A DNA stretch of 51,457 nucleotides from a virus (lineage: Duplodnaviria > Caudoviricetes), in the IMG/VR virus record IMGVR_UViG_3300028586_000778, positions 1 through 51,457 of that record; one strand, 5' to 3'. Under the pieces are notes generated by a model that had not been told where the DNA came from, did no database searches, and saw nothing but the letters and a program-made list of their open reading frames with translations. Positions 35,646 through 43,974 of this stretch are shown one piece after another. How positions within the stretch are numbered: the stretch's first letter is position 1; every line of letters starts with the position of its first letter. Position numbers and translations under genes: made by a program.

Positions 35646-36091
35646 GCCCGTACCTCCGCCGCGCGGGCGCCGAACAGGGCCGCAACCAGCGGATCGCGCG
35701 CCACCGGTGCCGAGTGCAGCCGCACCGAGTAGTGCTCGTCGTCCTGCATGAGGTGGATGTGGCGGCCCGGGCCCAGCGTGGTGACGTCTGCCGCGCGTTT
35801 CGGCACGCCGGTCGGGCGCGACACCGGTGCCGCGGCGAGCTGCTTCAGGTAGGCCTGCGCCTGCTCCGCTGTGATCGCCAGGTAGCACATCAGGCCTTCG
35901 GCGCCGCGCGCCGAGGTAACGCGCTCGCCCAGGTCGGCCAGGTACTTGCGCACGCCCGACGGGCCCATTTCGAGCAGGTTGCCGATCGCGGCGCGCGACA
36001 GCGGGCCGACCAGCAGCGCGGCGATGAGGCGGCGCGTCTTCTCGATGCGCTCCGCGGTCTGGCCAGGGGTGACGTAGCGGGCGCGGGTCAT
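35642..36091 (-). CDS. Hypothetical HTH protein
   Basis: GPLSRAAIGNLLEMGPSGVRKYLADL HTH-like; RDPLVAALFG C-terminal motif. Confidence 0.65.
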   Translation of the reverse strand: MTRARYVTPGQTAERIEKTRRLIAALLVGPLSRAAIGNLLEMGPSGVRKYLADLGERVTSARGAEGLMCYLAITAEQAQAYLKQLAAAPVSRPTGVPKRAADVTTLGPGRHIHLMQDDEHYSVRLHSAPVARDPLVAALFGARAAEVRA

Positions 36092-36810
36092 GCTGGCACC
36101 TCGTCAGCTTTGGCCGGCGCGGCAGCGGCCGTCATCGAGGCCAAGTCGTCCCCTTGAGCCAGTGCAGCAACCCAGGTCGGCGCGGCTGAGAGTCGCTCAT
36201 CGTCGCGCATGGACATCAGCACACCAATGAAGTCAGGTGCGCAGTTGATACGGAAAACGGCGTTCGAGCCGGTGATGTCCTTGTTGGTGAAGAAGGTCAT
36301 CCCGACGGTTCCGAGGCGACGCTTGTTGAACACCTTGCCAGCGGCTGCAGCTGCCTTCTGCGCCAGTTCGACCACAGGCGCGCCGAACATGCCAGGAAGC
36401 CCAGGCTCGAGCAGCTCCGCCTTCGGGATGACACGCTCATAGCGCGGATAGTTGGCTTCAATGTCTGGGCGGCCCGCCTGGATGTAAATGTCCGACTTGC
36501 CGTTCTCCACGACGGCCAGGCGGTCGCCAATCATCACCAGCTCGCGGCCACCGTCAAGTCCGGCTGCGCAGGCCTGCTGCATGCGCGAGTCGAACCGAAG
36601 AATCACCTCGTGCTCGCAGGTCGCGTCACGGTCGTAAATGGCCCCAAGCGCGTGGCCGTTTGTAGCGCAGATCACTGCGCCGCCGTCCTTGTGCGGCCGG
36701 ACGTTGATGGCGTTGAGGTAGTAACGGATGTCGGCTTTTGCGATGAATGGCGCGATGAGCGGCAACAGCTTGGCCGTCAGGCGCAAGTTGGCATGCTTGT
36801 TGGCGGTCAT
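36088..36810 (-). CDS. DNA polymerase III beta-clamp-like protein (two-domain size)
   Basis: DIRYYLNAI, ATNGH.L, I(E)ANYPRYERVIP, GVLMSMR match beta-clamp domain II/III motifs. Confidence 0.75.
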   Translation of the reverse strand: MTANKHANLRLTAKLLPLIAPFIAKADIRYYLNAINVRPHKDGGAVICATNGHALGAIYDRDATCEHEVILRFDSRMQQACAAGLDGGRELVMIGDRLAVVENGKSDIYIQAGRPDIEANYPRYERVIPKAELLEPGLPGMFGAPVVELAQKAAAAAGKVFNKRRLGTVGMTFFTNKDITGSNAVFRINCAPDFIGVLMSMRDDERLSAAPTWVAALAQGDDLASMTAAAAPAKADEVPA

Positions 36811-37058
36811 GCGGCACCGCCAATCACGGCGCGCGCGGCCGCATCCAGGTCGAGGTCGGTGAGAACGTGGCGGCGGGTTTCGGTGATGTAGACGGCGTCG
36901 CCGGTGCGCAGCCAGCTGTTCTCGATCACCAACTCGTTGAGCGATGCGGCGTCTGATTCCGGCTGATTCACCGAGTAGGCCAGCACAGCAGTGACAGCTG
37001 CGGGCGAAGACTGATCTTCACCGGTGTGCATCGCCGGCGGATTCGATTGTGCTAACAT
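36807..37058 (-). CDS. Hypothetical protein
   Basis: GAGG RBS, MLAQS start, ATGA overlap downstream. Confidence 0.5.
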   Translation of the reverse strand: MLAQSNPPAMHTGEDQSSPAAVTAVLAYSVNQPESDAASLNELVIENSWLRTGDAVYITETRRHVLTDLDLDAAARAVIGGAA

Positions 37059-37088
37059 TTGGTTTCCTCTCAAGGATTCGTTTCACTA

Positions 37089-37113
37089 AGCCCGGCTGCA
37101 ACCGGGCTTTTTC
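37089..37113 (+). terminator. Intrinsic terminator facing antisense to the early operon
   Basis: AAGCCCGG-CTGCAA-CCGGGCTTTTT on plus strand. Confidence 0.55.
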
Positions 37114-37294
37114 ATTTCTGCTGCTCAGCGAGCATTCGCTCGTATTTCTCGCGGCTCATCACGTGGCCGGGTTCGACTGGCGCCGGCGGCGCGGCGTCTT
37201 CTGCATCGGGTTGATCCATCTACTCTCCTTATGTGATCCGGCTCAGACCTGCGAACTGGTGCCGGGGTATCGTGGTATTCGTGGGGAGCGGGCT

Positions 37295-37495
37295 TTACTT
37301 CGCCAGCTCGCGGATTTCCCGGACTGGCACGCCCAGGTACTCATGAATCGCCAGGATCACGCCCGACGTCAGCCGCTTCCCGCCGCGCAGCTTGCTGATC
37401 TGGCTCGGCTGGATTTCCAGCTCGTCGGCCAGCGCCGAGTCGCTCTTGATGTCGAAGCGCCGGCGCAGTTCGTCGAGCAGGGTTGCGTTGCACAT
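37295..37495 (-). CDS. Small XRE-type HTH protein
   Basis: KSDSALADELEIQPSQISKLRGG...ILAIHE; AGGAGAAGGA RBS. Confidence 0.75.
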   Translation of the reverse strand: MCNATLLDELRRRFDIKSDSALADELEIQPSQISKLRGGKRLTSGVILAIHEYLGVPVREIRELAK

Positions 37496-37550
37496 CTGGT
37501 CCTTCTCCTGATGAATTGGTGGCGGCGCCATCCCGCCGCCTGGGTGCTGC

Positions 37551-38159
37551 CTACGTCGACTGGGAGCTCGCGCGGGCCTGGGCCAGCGCCTGGCGAGCGG
37601 TGATCTTGGCCATCAGGTCGGCGCCGGCCGCAGCGTATGCCTCCTCGGCCTCGACCAACTCACGGTGCGCGGCCAGCAGCTCGGCATCGGTCGCGTCCGG
37701 CCACACCGTGAGGAGCGCCATCTTTGCCTCGGAGCCCTCTTTCGTGATCGAGCGGAGGTGCTTGATCGCGTCGAAGCCCACAGCCGGCGCCTGGTCGATC
37801 GGGCGCACCTCAATGCCGAGTGGGCACAGGATCTGGTTCAGCACGCCGACGCGGTACTCCATCGGCAGCGCGGCCAGCAGCGTCGGGACCATGTTGGCTG
37901 GCAGCTTTGGCTCGTGCTCGTCGTCGCCGCCCAGCCAGCGGTACAGCTTCTGCGCGGCGCTCTTGGCGCGGGTGTAGGCGTCCTTGCTGGTGGAGTCAAA
38001 AGTGATGCCGGTGGCGACATCAGCGCCGATGCGCTCGTGGGCCTCGGTCACGTGGATGGCCAACGTCTCGCGGCTCATCTGGCCGCTGTCGCGGCGCCAC
38101 GCCTCGATGGCGCCGCGCAAAACGTCAACTAACGAGAAATTTTGAGGACACATCTTCAT
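37551..38159 (-). CDS. CII-position regulatory protein
   Basis: Directly downstream of cro; AQKLYRWL...LPANMVPTLLAALP...KEGSEA. Confidence 0.6.
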   Translation of the reverse strand: MKMCPQNFSLVDVLRGAIEAWRRDSGQMSRETLAIHVTEAHERIGADVATGITFDSTSKDAYTRAKSAAQKLYRWLGGDDEHEPKLPANMVPTLLAALPMEYRVGVLNQILCPLGIEVRPIDQAPAVGFDAIKHLRSITKEGSEAKMALLTVWPDATDAELLAAHRELVEAEEAYAAAGADLMAKITARQALAQARASSQST

Positions 38160-38247
38160 GACTTTTTCCGAATAGAAAGCTAATCTGACAACACTGAACA
38201 AGAACAAGAGGCCCGGCTATGCAGCACACTGCTCACTTCGAAACCGA

Positions 38248-38562
38248 CTACCCTGCACGCACAAACGGTCTTGGCAGATCGGCTGCGGAGGTCATCACGT
38301 TTTCGCGCGATGGCGGGTTGCGACCAGCGCGGCCAAGTTCTGGCTTGGGATCGCTTGCCCGACGCGCTGGCACTGGCTCAGACAAGCCGAGCGCGACAAA
38401 CACTTCCGGTCGCGCGAGCCGCAAGAATTTCAGCTGAGCTTTCGGGATGCCTAACTTGCGCCACTCGGATACCGACGGCGGCTGGATCTCGCAAAGTCGA
38501 GCTACTTCTGACGTCCCGCCCAGGGCGTCGATGATTTCGTTGGGCGTGAGTTCTCGTTCCAT
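38248..38562 (-). CDS. cro: Cro-like repressor
   Basis: IIDALGGTSEVARLCEIQPPSVSEWRKLGIP HTH; divergent from cI. Confidence 0.85.
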   Translation of the reverse strand: MERELTPNEIIDALGGTSEVARLCEIQPPSVSEWRKLGIPKAQLKFLRLARPEVFVALGLSEPVPARRASDPKPELGRAGRNPPSRENVMTSAADLPRPFVRAG

Positions 38563-38568
38563 GGGCTT

Positions 38569-38643
38569 ATTTTAGGCATGCCTAAATTATTAGGCAAGCG
38601 TTTTTAGGCTTACCTCATCAAAAAAAGATTAGGATTACCTAAT
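38569..38643. promoter_or_regulatory. OR region: three operators, PR and PRM
   Basis: TTTAGGCATGCCTAAA (38571-38586), TTTAGGCTTACCTCAT (38603-38618), ATTAGGATTACCTAAT (38628-38643); minus-strand PR TTGCCT-17-TAAAAT (38597-38569); candidate PRM -10 TAGGAT (38630-38635). Confidence 0.85.
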
Positions 38644-39357
38644 ATGGAACAATGGAAATTACGACTTGCCGAAGCCCGCGCGGCCAAAGGCCTGAGCAAG
38701 AGCGATTTCGCGAAAGCGGTTCGCATCTCGCCGCCCACTGCTACGGATTGGGAGAAGAGCGTCGCCGACGGCGGCATCAAAGAAATTTCGGGCATCCGCC
38801 TCACGCGGGTCTGCGAGGTGCTGGGAGTCGACCCGACGTGGCTTTTGCATGGCAAAGGTTCTGGGCCGGCGCGCGTGCCCTCCCCGGATCGAATCGAAGA
38901 GCAGAAGCCGGTCCAGGGAGCAGAGCCTGACAGCGACGCATTCGTGCACATTCCGAAGGTGCGCCTGCTTGTCTCCGCAGGCGTGAGCGGTTTCGGAGTT
39001 GAGCCAGAGCCCTACGACGGCTCGACCGCGACCGTGCCGGCCGATTGGCTGCGCCGACGCCAGCTGCGCGCCGAGCACCTTATCGCGATCCGCGTGCGTG
39101 GGCGCAGCATGGAGCCAACCTTTAATGAGGGCGATACCGTCTTCATTAACAAAAAAGACATCGAGCCATCCGACGGCGCTGTTTTCGTCGTCAACTATGA
39201 GGGCGAGGACGTAATCAAACGTCTCTCGCGCGATGCTGGCGACTGGTGGCTCATGTCGGACAACTCGAATCAGCAACAATTCCACCGGAAGCTTTGTAAG
39301 GGTGCCGACTGCATCATTATTGGCCGCGTGGTCCGTAGCGAGCGAGAGCACTTCTAG
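38644..39357 (+). CDS. cI: CI repressor (XRE HTH + S24 peptidase)
   Basis: RLAEAR..KGLSKSDFAKAV HTH; SAG cleavage site; VRGRSMEP catalytic Ser; VIKRL Lys; IIGRVV. Confidence 0.93.
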   Translation: MEQWKLRLAEARAAKGLSKSDFAKAVRISPPTATDWEKSVADGGIKEISGIRLTRVCEVLGVDPTWLLHGKGSGPARVPSPDRIEEQKPVQGAEPDSDAFVHIPKVRLLVSAGVSGFGVEPEPYDGSTATVPADWLRRRQLRAEHLIAIRVRGRSMEPTFNEGDTVFINKKDIEPSDGAVFVVNYEGEDVIKRLSRDAGDWWLMSDNSNQQQFHRKLCKGADCIIIGRVVRSEREHF

Positions 39358-39647
39358 TGCTATGCGCCGTGATGGACCTCTGCTGCGTTCGCGTAGCAGT
39401 GGTGAAGGTCGACCACGCGCGCTTGCTCGAGCCGTTCGCTACCAGGACGGTGCGCGATCTGCAGCCGCGGTTCGGGATCCTGCCGATCCTGCTGGTTTCG
39501 TTCAGCGATGCCGGCCTATTGGATGCCCGGGGGTTTTCAGAATTCCCGACGGGCCCATACTTGACGGAGCTGATCGAGTGGAACGAGGCCGAGCCTGTCG
39601 TATGGTCACCGCTCCCCGAACTCATCGAGCCGGAGTTGCCATTCTAG
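39357..39647 (+). CDS. Hypothetical protein (96 aa)
   Basis: Start overlaps cI stop. Confidence 0.5.
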   Translation: MLCAVMDLCCVRVAVVKVDHARLLEPFATRTVRDLQPRFGILPILLVSFSDAGLLDARGFSEFPTGPYLTELIEWNEAEPVVWSPLPELIEPELPF

Positions 39648-39740
39648 ACGCGTGATTATTGGCTAGATTTCAACACGTGCTGCACAGCTATACTCGCGCG
39701 AGCGAAACGGCACGCTTAGATGCCGATGATCACCAATATA

Positions 39741-40418
39741 ATGAAATACTTGGGTACCGTTTTAATTGCTGGCGTGCTGCTTTCAGCCTGCGCACCAGAC
39801 TCCTCCTTGTCCGCAGCGAAGGTTGAGCTAGCCGAAGCAAACAAGAAAATTACAGCTCTTGAGAAAGAGCTTGCCGATGCGAGAGCAGCTGCTGCTGGGC
39901 CCACGATGGATAAGGATCGCCCCGCTAAACTCGACGGTAGCGCGGACACGCCACTCGAACCGAAATCGGAGCCTACTGGCCAGCAGTGGCAGTATGACGT
40001 TAGCGAAGATCCGATGTCTGGCGCCAAACGCTACACAGCGTCCGTCCGGAGCTCGAACACTGTTTCCTTTGGCTTTCCCTACTCCGGCACTCAGCGCGGA
40101 ACCTTAACCCTCAGGACAAAAGGCAAAGAAAAGGACGTGCTGTTCTATATTGAGCAGGGCCAAATCCTTTGCCCATCCTACCAAGGCTGCAGCGTCATGG
40201 TTCGATTCGACGAAGAGAAGCCGGTTCGATTCGCTGCCAGGGGGCCAGCAGACCACAGCTCCGAAACAATATTCCTTTCTGACGAAGGAAGATTCATTGG
40301 CAAGCTGAAGAAGGCGAATCGCGTGCGACTGGCTGTCGAGATTTACCAAAACGGCGCACCAGCCTTTGAGTTCGACGTCAGTGGCTTTGACCAGGACAAG
40401 TTCCAACCGAAGCAATAG
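39741..40418 (+). CDS. Lipoprotein
   Basis: MKYLGTVLIAGVLLSA-C lipobox; coiled coil; WQY...DPMS, FGFPYSG, VRFDE, FEFDVSG. Confidence 0.8.
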   Translation: MKYLGTVLIAGVLLSACAPDSSLSAAKVELAEANKKITALEKELADARAAAAGPTMDKDRPAKLDGSADTPLEPKSEPTGQQWQYDVSEDPMSGAKRYTASVRSSNTVSFGFPYSGTQRGTLTLRTKGKEKDVLFYIEQGQILCPSYQGCSVMVRFDEEKPVRFAARGPADHSSETIFLSDEGRFIGKLKKANRVRLAVEIYQNGAPAFEFDVSGFDQDKFQPKQ

Positions 40419-40423
40419 CTGCC

Positions 40424-40903
40424 ATGAACAGTGCGAAGACCACCCTCCTTGCCATCGCAATTTTTTCCGCGCTTGCCGGCGCGCTCTTCCTCTGGAAGTA
40501 CAGCGAGTGGATCGCTATACCAAAGGCTCGAGAGCCAATGGTCAGCCTGCTGAAGGATCCCGCCAGCGCCCAGACCCGCAACGAGCGCATCACGAAGGTC
40601 GGCGTGCTTTGCGGAGAAGTGAACGCCAAGAACAGCATGGGCGGCTACGTCGGCTTCAAGAAGTTCATTTCGTATGGCCCGGAAAACAACTTCATCGAAG
40701 GCACTGGACGGCTAGGTGAGTCTACTACCGAGGATCTCATCGAACGACTCAAACGCAAGAACGCTCGGCTAAAGGCGTACATCAGTATTCGGGATAGCGG
40801 AACGGACATCACCCCACCGTCCGACTCTCGATTGGATGAATTGATCGAAGAAGAAATGTTCCTCGAGCGCTGGCAGCAGGCTTGCGGGCCGAAAGCAACC
40901 TGA
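40424..40903 (+). CDS. Membrane-anchored periplasmic protein
   Basis: N-terminal TM; LKDPASAQ and CGEVNAKNSMGGYVGFKKF motif. Confidence 0.75.
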   Translation: MNSAKTTLLAIAIFSALAGALFLWKYSEWIAIPKAREPMVSLLKDPASAQTRNERITKVGVLCGEVNAKNSMGGYVGFKKFISYGPENNFIEGTGRLGESTTEDLIERLKRKNARLKAYISIRDSGTDITPPSDSRLDELIEEEMFLERWQQACGPKAT

Positions 40904-41118
40904 TGGCAAACGCGAGACTAGCCAAGCTGGAGGGCGGCTACACCGTGCTCATCAAGGACCGCCTGCAGGCGAACGAGGAGACCGACCCGGCCAAGTGGGC
41001 GCTCTGGAAAATCATCTGGGACTGCAGCTCGCTCGAAGAGCTGGCGCGTCGCGCGCCGGATCCGGTCAACACGTCCCGGACCGGCCGGCGCATCACCTGG
41101 CGTACTGAGGTGCGGTAG
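40903..41118 (+). CDS. Hypothetical protein (71 aa)
   Basis: TGATG overlap with previous stop; MANARLAKLEGGY. Confidence 0.5.
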   Translation: MANARLAKLEGGYTVLIKDRLQANEETDPAKWALWKIIWDCSSLEELARRAPDPVNTSRTGRRITWRTEVR

Positions 41119-41208
41119 GCACTGAAGGAAGGATGAATTGCGAAGACGCCAAGGCCGCAGCATCCTGAAGAATACTCGAGCCCGATCTGATGGAGCATAG
41201 AGGATAGA

Positions 41209-42150
41209 ATGGAAGTCGTGGACATTGAACGGAAATTGTCAGAACTGCGCACGAGCGTGGTGGTGCAGGAAATTGACGGTGCGGCCGAATCAGCGGCCGA
41301 TTTCCGCGCGATGATCGATGCTATGGAGTCTTTGCTGACCGAGGTAAAGCTAGAAGCCCCTAATCCAATCGCGCTCGATACGCTGTATAGAGAAATGCAG
41401 CACCACTGGACGAAGGTGATCAACCGAGCGATCGGCGAGTGGAATGAAGGCAAGCCCGCAACGTCTTTAGGAACCCCGCAAAGCCTCCAGGCATCAAGAG
41501 CAATCGTGGATGAACTTGGAGCTAAGATAGTAGAAATTGCCAATCGCCGAACTGCTGAAATAAAAGCGGCAGCTCACTCGCGATCTCAGCTATCTTACTC
41601 AGCAGAGCAGAAGCCGTTTTCCGTGTCGGCACAAGAGCCGTCGGCACAGTATTTATCCAACGCGCCGACGCCTACGCTGGAACTTGCGGATATAGACATC
41701 ACTAAAATTGTGACTGAGGTCACGAGACAGTTAGGCACTGCTATTGAGTCACATCCTGAGAGCAAGTCGGATTACCTTCCAGTCTTGGAACAATTGGTCC
41801 GGCTCAGCTTGCACTTGATCACATCGAAATCGAGCGACGGTGGCGAACCGCCTCGTGGCCCGGTTGACACGGCAGGGAAACGGCTTGATGATGACGGTAT
41901 GGAAGCCCGGATAGCAAATTTAGAGAAGTTCGCCGAAGAGAGCCGCAAGGATTTGCGCTCTATTGACGTGCGCCTCGGCAAGGTAGAGACCTTGGTTGAC
42001 GGTATTTCAAAAAATATGGCCACGAAGGCCGATATCGCTGAAGTAAAGGGCGGGGTAGCGCAGATGGAAACCACCATACTAAAATGGTTTATCGGCACTG
42101 CTATCGCGCTGGCTAGCGTGGCATTTGCTGCAGCTAAATATCTTAGCTAG
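41209..42150 (+). CDS. Hypothetical protein with C-terminal coiled coil and TM anchor
   Basis: GAGG RBS; lower GC; GGEPP linker then MEARIANLE...MATKADI...ILKWFIGTAIALA. Confidence 0.7.
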   Translation: MEVVDIERKLSELRTSVVVQEIDGAAESAADFRAMIDAMESLLTEVKLEAPNPIALDTLYREMQHHWTKVINRAIGEWNEGKPATSLGTPQSLQASRAIVDELGAKIVEIANRRTAEIKAAAHSRSQLSYSAEQKPFSVSAQEPSAQYLSNAPTPTLELADIDITKIVTEVTRQLGTAIESHPESKSDYLPVLEQLVRLSLHLITSKSSDGGEPPRGPVDTAGKRLDDDGMEARIANLEKFAEESRKDLRSIDVRLGKVETLVDGISKNMATKADIAEVKGGVAQMETTILKWFIGTAIALASVAFAAAKYLS

Positions 42151-42176
42151 ATGCCCGAAAACCTTTTATAAGCGCC

Positions 42177-42200
42177 AGCCCCGTGTTCGGGGCTTTTTTT
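42177..42200 (+). terminator. Intrinsic terminator ending the cI-side cluster
   Basis: AGCCCCG-TGTT-CGGGGCT-TTTTTT. Confidence 0.8.
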
Positions 42201-42559
42201 ACGCCCCGCGTGAAGAATTGGCACGGAAGCGCCGCGCTTTGCGAAGCACGAAACCACAGACTACCTTAGCCGTCAACGAGATGTCGGCGCACGGCGATGC
42301 TCGTTGTGGGATAGCAAAGGGCACTTTCGCCTGAGTGCGAGCGGCCTTTTCGTCAGCTACTCGGCGCGCCACCTCAGCACAGGCCGTCAATTGCTCGAGC
42401 AGATCATCGTCGATCTCAATTGTGCTGTAACGCTTGGGCCAGCCAGCCTGCAGCGGGTACGGAATGCCCAGCAGTGCGGCCTCGCCTCGCGTCAGCGCCT
42501 TCGCCTTCGTTCCCCTGCGCCAGGTAGCCCGACAGGGTCATTTTTTTCGCCATTCGCGG

Positions 42560-42954
42560 CCTTTTTTTCTTTTCGCACCTTGTATAGGTACTAACAACAC
42601 CGAATAGAGGTACTGCTTCTTCTGTATCTGCTCATCCTCTAACTTCAACCCCAGTCTGGGTTTCGTACTATCGGGGGCTGGGACGAAGACTCAGCTTTCC
42701 TGTCGAATGCGGAGCCTTTACGTATTAGATCGGTACGCCGTCTACTACGACTCGTCAGCCTTTCCGGTCCGCAGGTGCTAACTTCGCTGCCCGCGTGCGT
42801 ATCTCAGACCATTCCCACAGTACGCCTATCCCCTCACCCCTGCCGGCGGTTCCCGACGAGTGAAGCGGCTGATGCCGTCAGCTCGGTTCTTACGCGTGGA
42901 GCCGGCGGTTTTCCCTCCCTGCCCCATGCCTGCAATCAGCCGAACCCGGCCAAT
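42560..42954 (-). ncRNA. Putative structured non-coding RNA (about 400 nt), family not recognised
   Basis: No minus-strand ORF in the track; own promoter at 42961-42990; several stems and repeats; 3' end uncertain. Confidence 0.5.
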
Positions 42955-42960
42955 GCCCAG

Positions 42961-43027
42961 ATTGTACCTAAATATTTAGGCATACCTCAATATTTTTCTT
43001 GATTTGTTTTTAGGGATGCCTAATAAT
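42961..43027. promoter_or_regulatory. OL region: operators plus divergent promoters
   Basis: TTTAGGCATACCTCAA (42975-42990), TTTAGGGATGCCTAAT (43009-43024), half-site ACCTAAA (42966-42972); rightward TTGATT-17-AATAAT (42999-43027); leftward TTGAGG-18-TACAAT (42990-42961). Confidence 0.8.
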
Positions 43028-43081
43028 GATCTTAACGACAGCGCGCTCAGCAATCCCCGAGCCGCGGAACTGGAGAGCTAC

Positions 43082-43567
43082 ATGAGCAAACAGTGGGACC
43101 ACGAATACATCAGCCAAGCGATCGACGAAGAGATCGAGCTGGCGCGCCTGGACAAGAACCTGCGGGGCAAGAAGCCGAGCACCGTCTGGTTCGACGCGCC
43201 GGTGCACCAAGCGAAGCCGCGCGGCGCATTTGTTGGGATGTATGGCGGTCTGCACTCGGTCGACCTGCCGCGCTACCGCCGCGACCCGCGCGACGCTGGC
43301 GACCTGGCTATCCGCCGCGGCGTGAGCGTGAAGCACGACCACGACGACTGCAGCGTGTCAGCGTACGGCGGCAGCAGCCGACGCGCGGTGACCGAGTTCT
43401 ACGGCATGCACCCGGATCCGGCCGCCGCAACGATGGCCGCTATCACCCGCGCAGCGATCCAACTGCTGACCGAGCAGCGCGACGAGCGCGCGGCACTCAA
43501 CCCAACCCGCTCGAAGACGAGCCGCCGACCCAGCGTTAGGGCGACCCGCAAACAGGAAAGCGCCTGA
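43082..43567 (+). CDS. NinX/ABA-sandwich-like protein
   Basis: GGAGAG RBS; PRYRRDPRDAGDL...AAITRAAI motif; first gene of the PL operon. Confidence 0.6.
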   Translation: MSKQWDHEYISQAIDEEIELARLDKNLRGKKPSTVWFDAPVHQAKPRGAFVGMYGGLHSVDLPRYRRDPRDAGDLAIRRGVSVKHDHDDCSVSAYGGSSRRAVTEFYGMHPDPAAATMAAITRAAIQLLTEQRDERAALNPTRSKTSRRPSVRATRKQESA

Positions 43568-43799
43568 TGCTCACCGCAATCACCGCCTGCCGTTGCCTCT
43601 ACTGGCTTCCGCCAGTGCCGTATGCCGACGGTCACCGAGAGGCGGCAGGTTCGATCAACAGGCCTGGCCAGCTCGAATACGGCTAGCTCCTGCGCTTGGC
43701 GGGCGGCATCCCGTCAAGCGCGAACCCGAAACACCCCACGCCCGGCATGACCGGGCTTTGGCACTGAAAGCACCCAACAACTACGCCCAGGAGATCGCC

Positions 43800-43937
43800 A
43801 TGCGCTTCCGCATCACTATCTGCACCGCCGCCGGCGCGGCGCCCAGCACCTACACCGCCATCGGCGATCGCGACGCGCTGATCGACGCCGCATACGAAGC
43901 CGGCGCCTTGGGCGTGACCCTGATCCTCGATCGCTGA
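43800..43937 (+). CDS. Small hypothetical protein (45 aa)
   Basis: AGGAG RBS; MRFRITI...YTAIG...AYEAGALGVT. Confidence 0.6.
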   Translation: MRFRITICTAAGAAPSTYTAIGDRDALIDAAYEAGALGVTLILDR

Positions 43938-43974
43938 CCCGGCGCCGCGCGCCTCACCACCACAAGGACACACG

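Noticed and set aside
42735-42760. Hammerhead-like CTGACGA-GTC...GAC on the minus strand of the putative ncRNA
   Set aside because: The stem is followed by GGCG rather than the required GAAA, and no stem I/III with a cleavage triplet was found
42548-42760. Short matches to the ColE1 origin as I recall it (CGCGGCCTTTTT, GCGGAGCCT, CTCGTCAG)
   Set aside because: Only 8-12 nt each, in reverse order and on the strand opposite the predicted RNA; treated as coincidence, not homology
42304-43002. Plus-strand ORFs 42304-42594 and 42775-43002 and minus ORF 42199-42390
   Set aside because: Non-ATG or RBS-less starts, unprotein-like composition, and one runs across the operators
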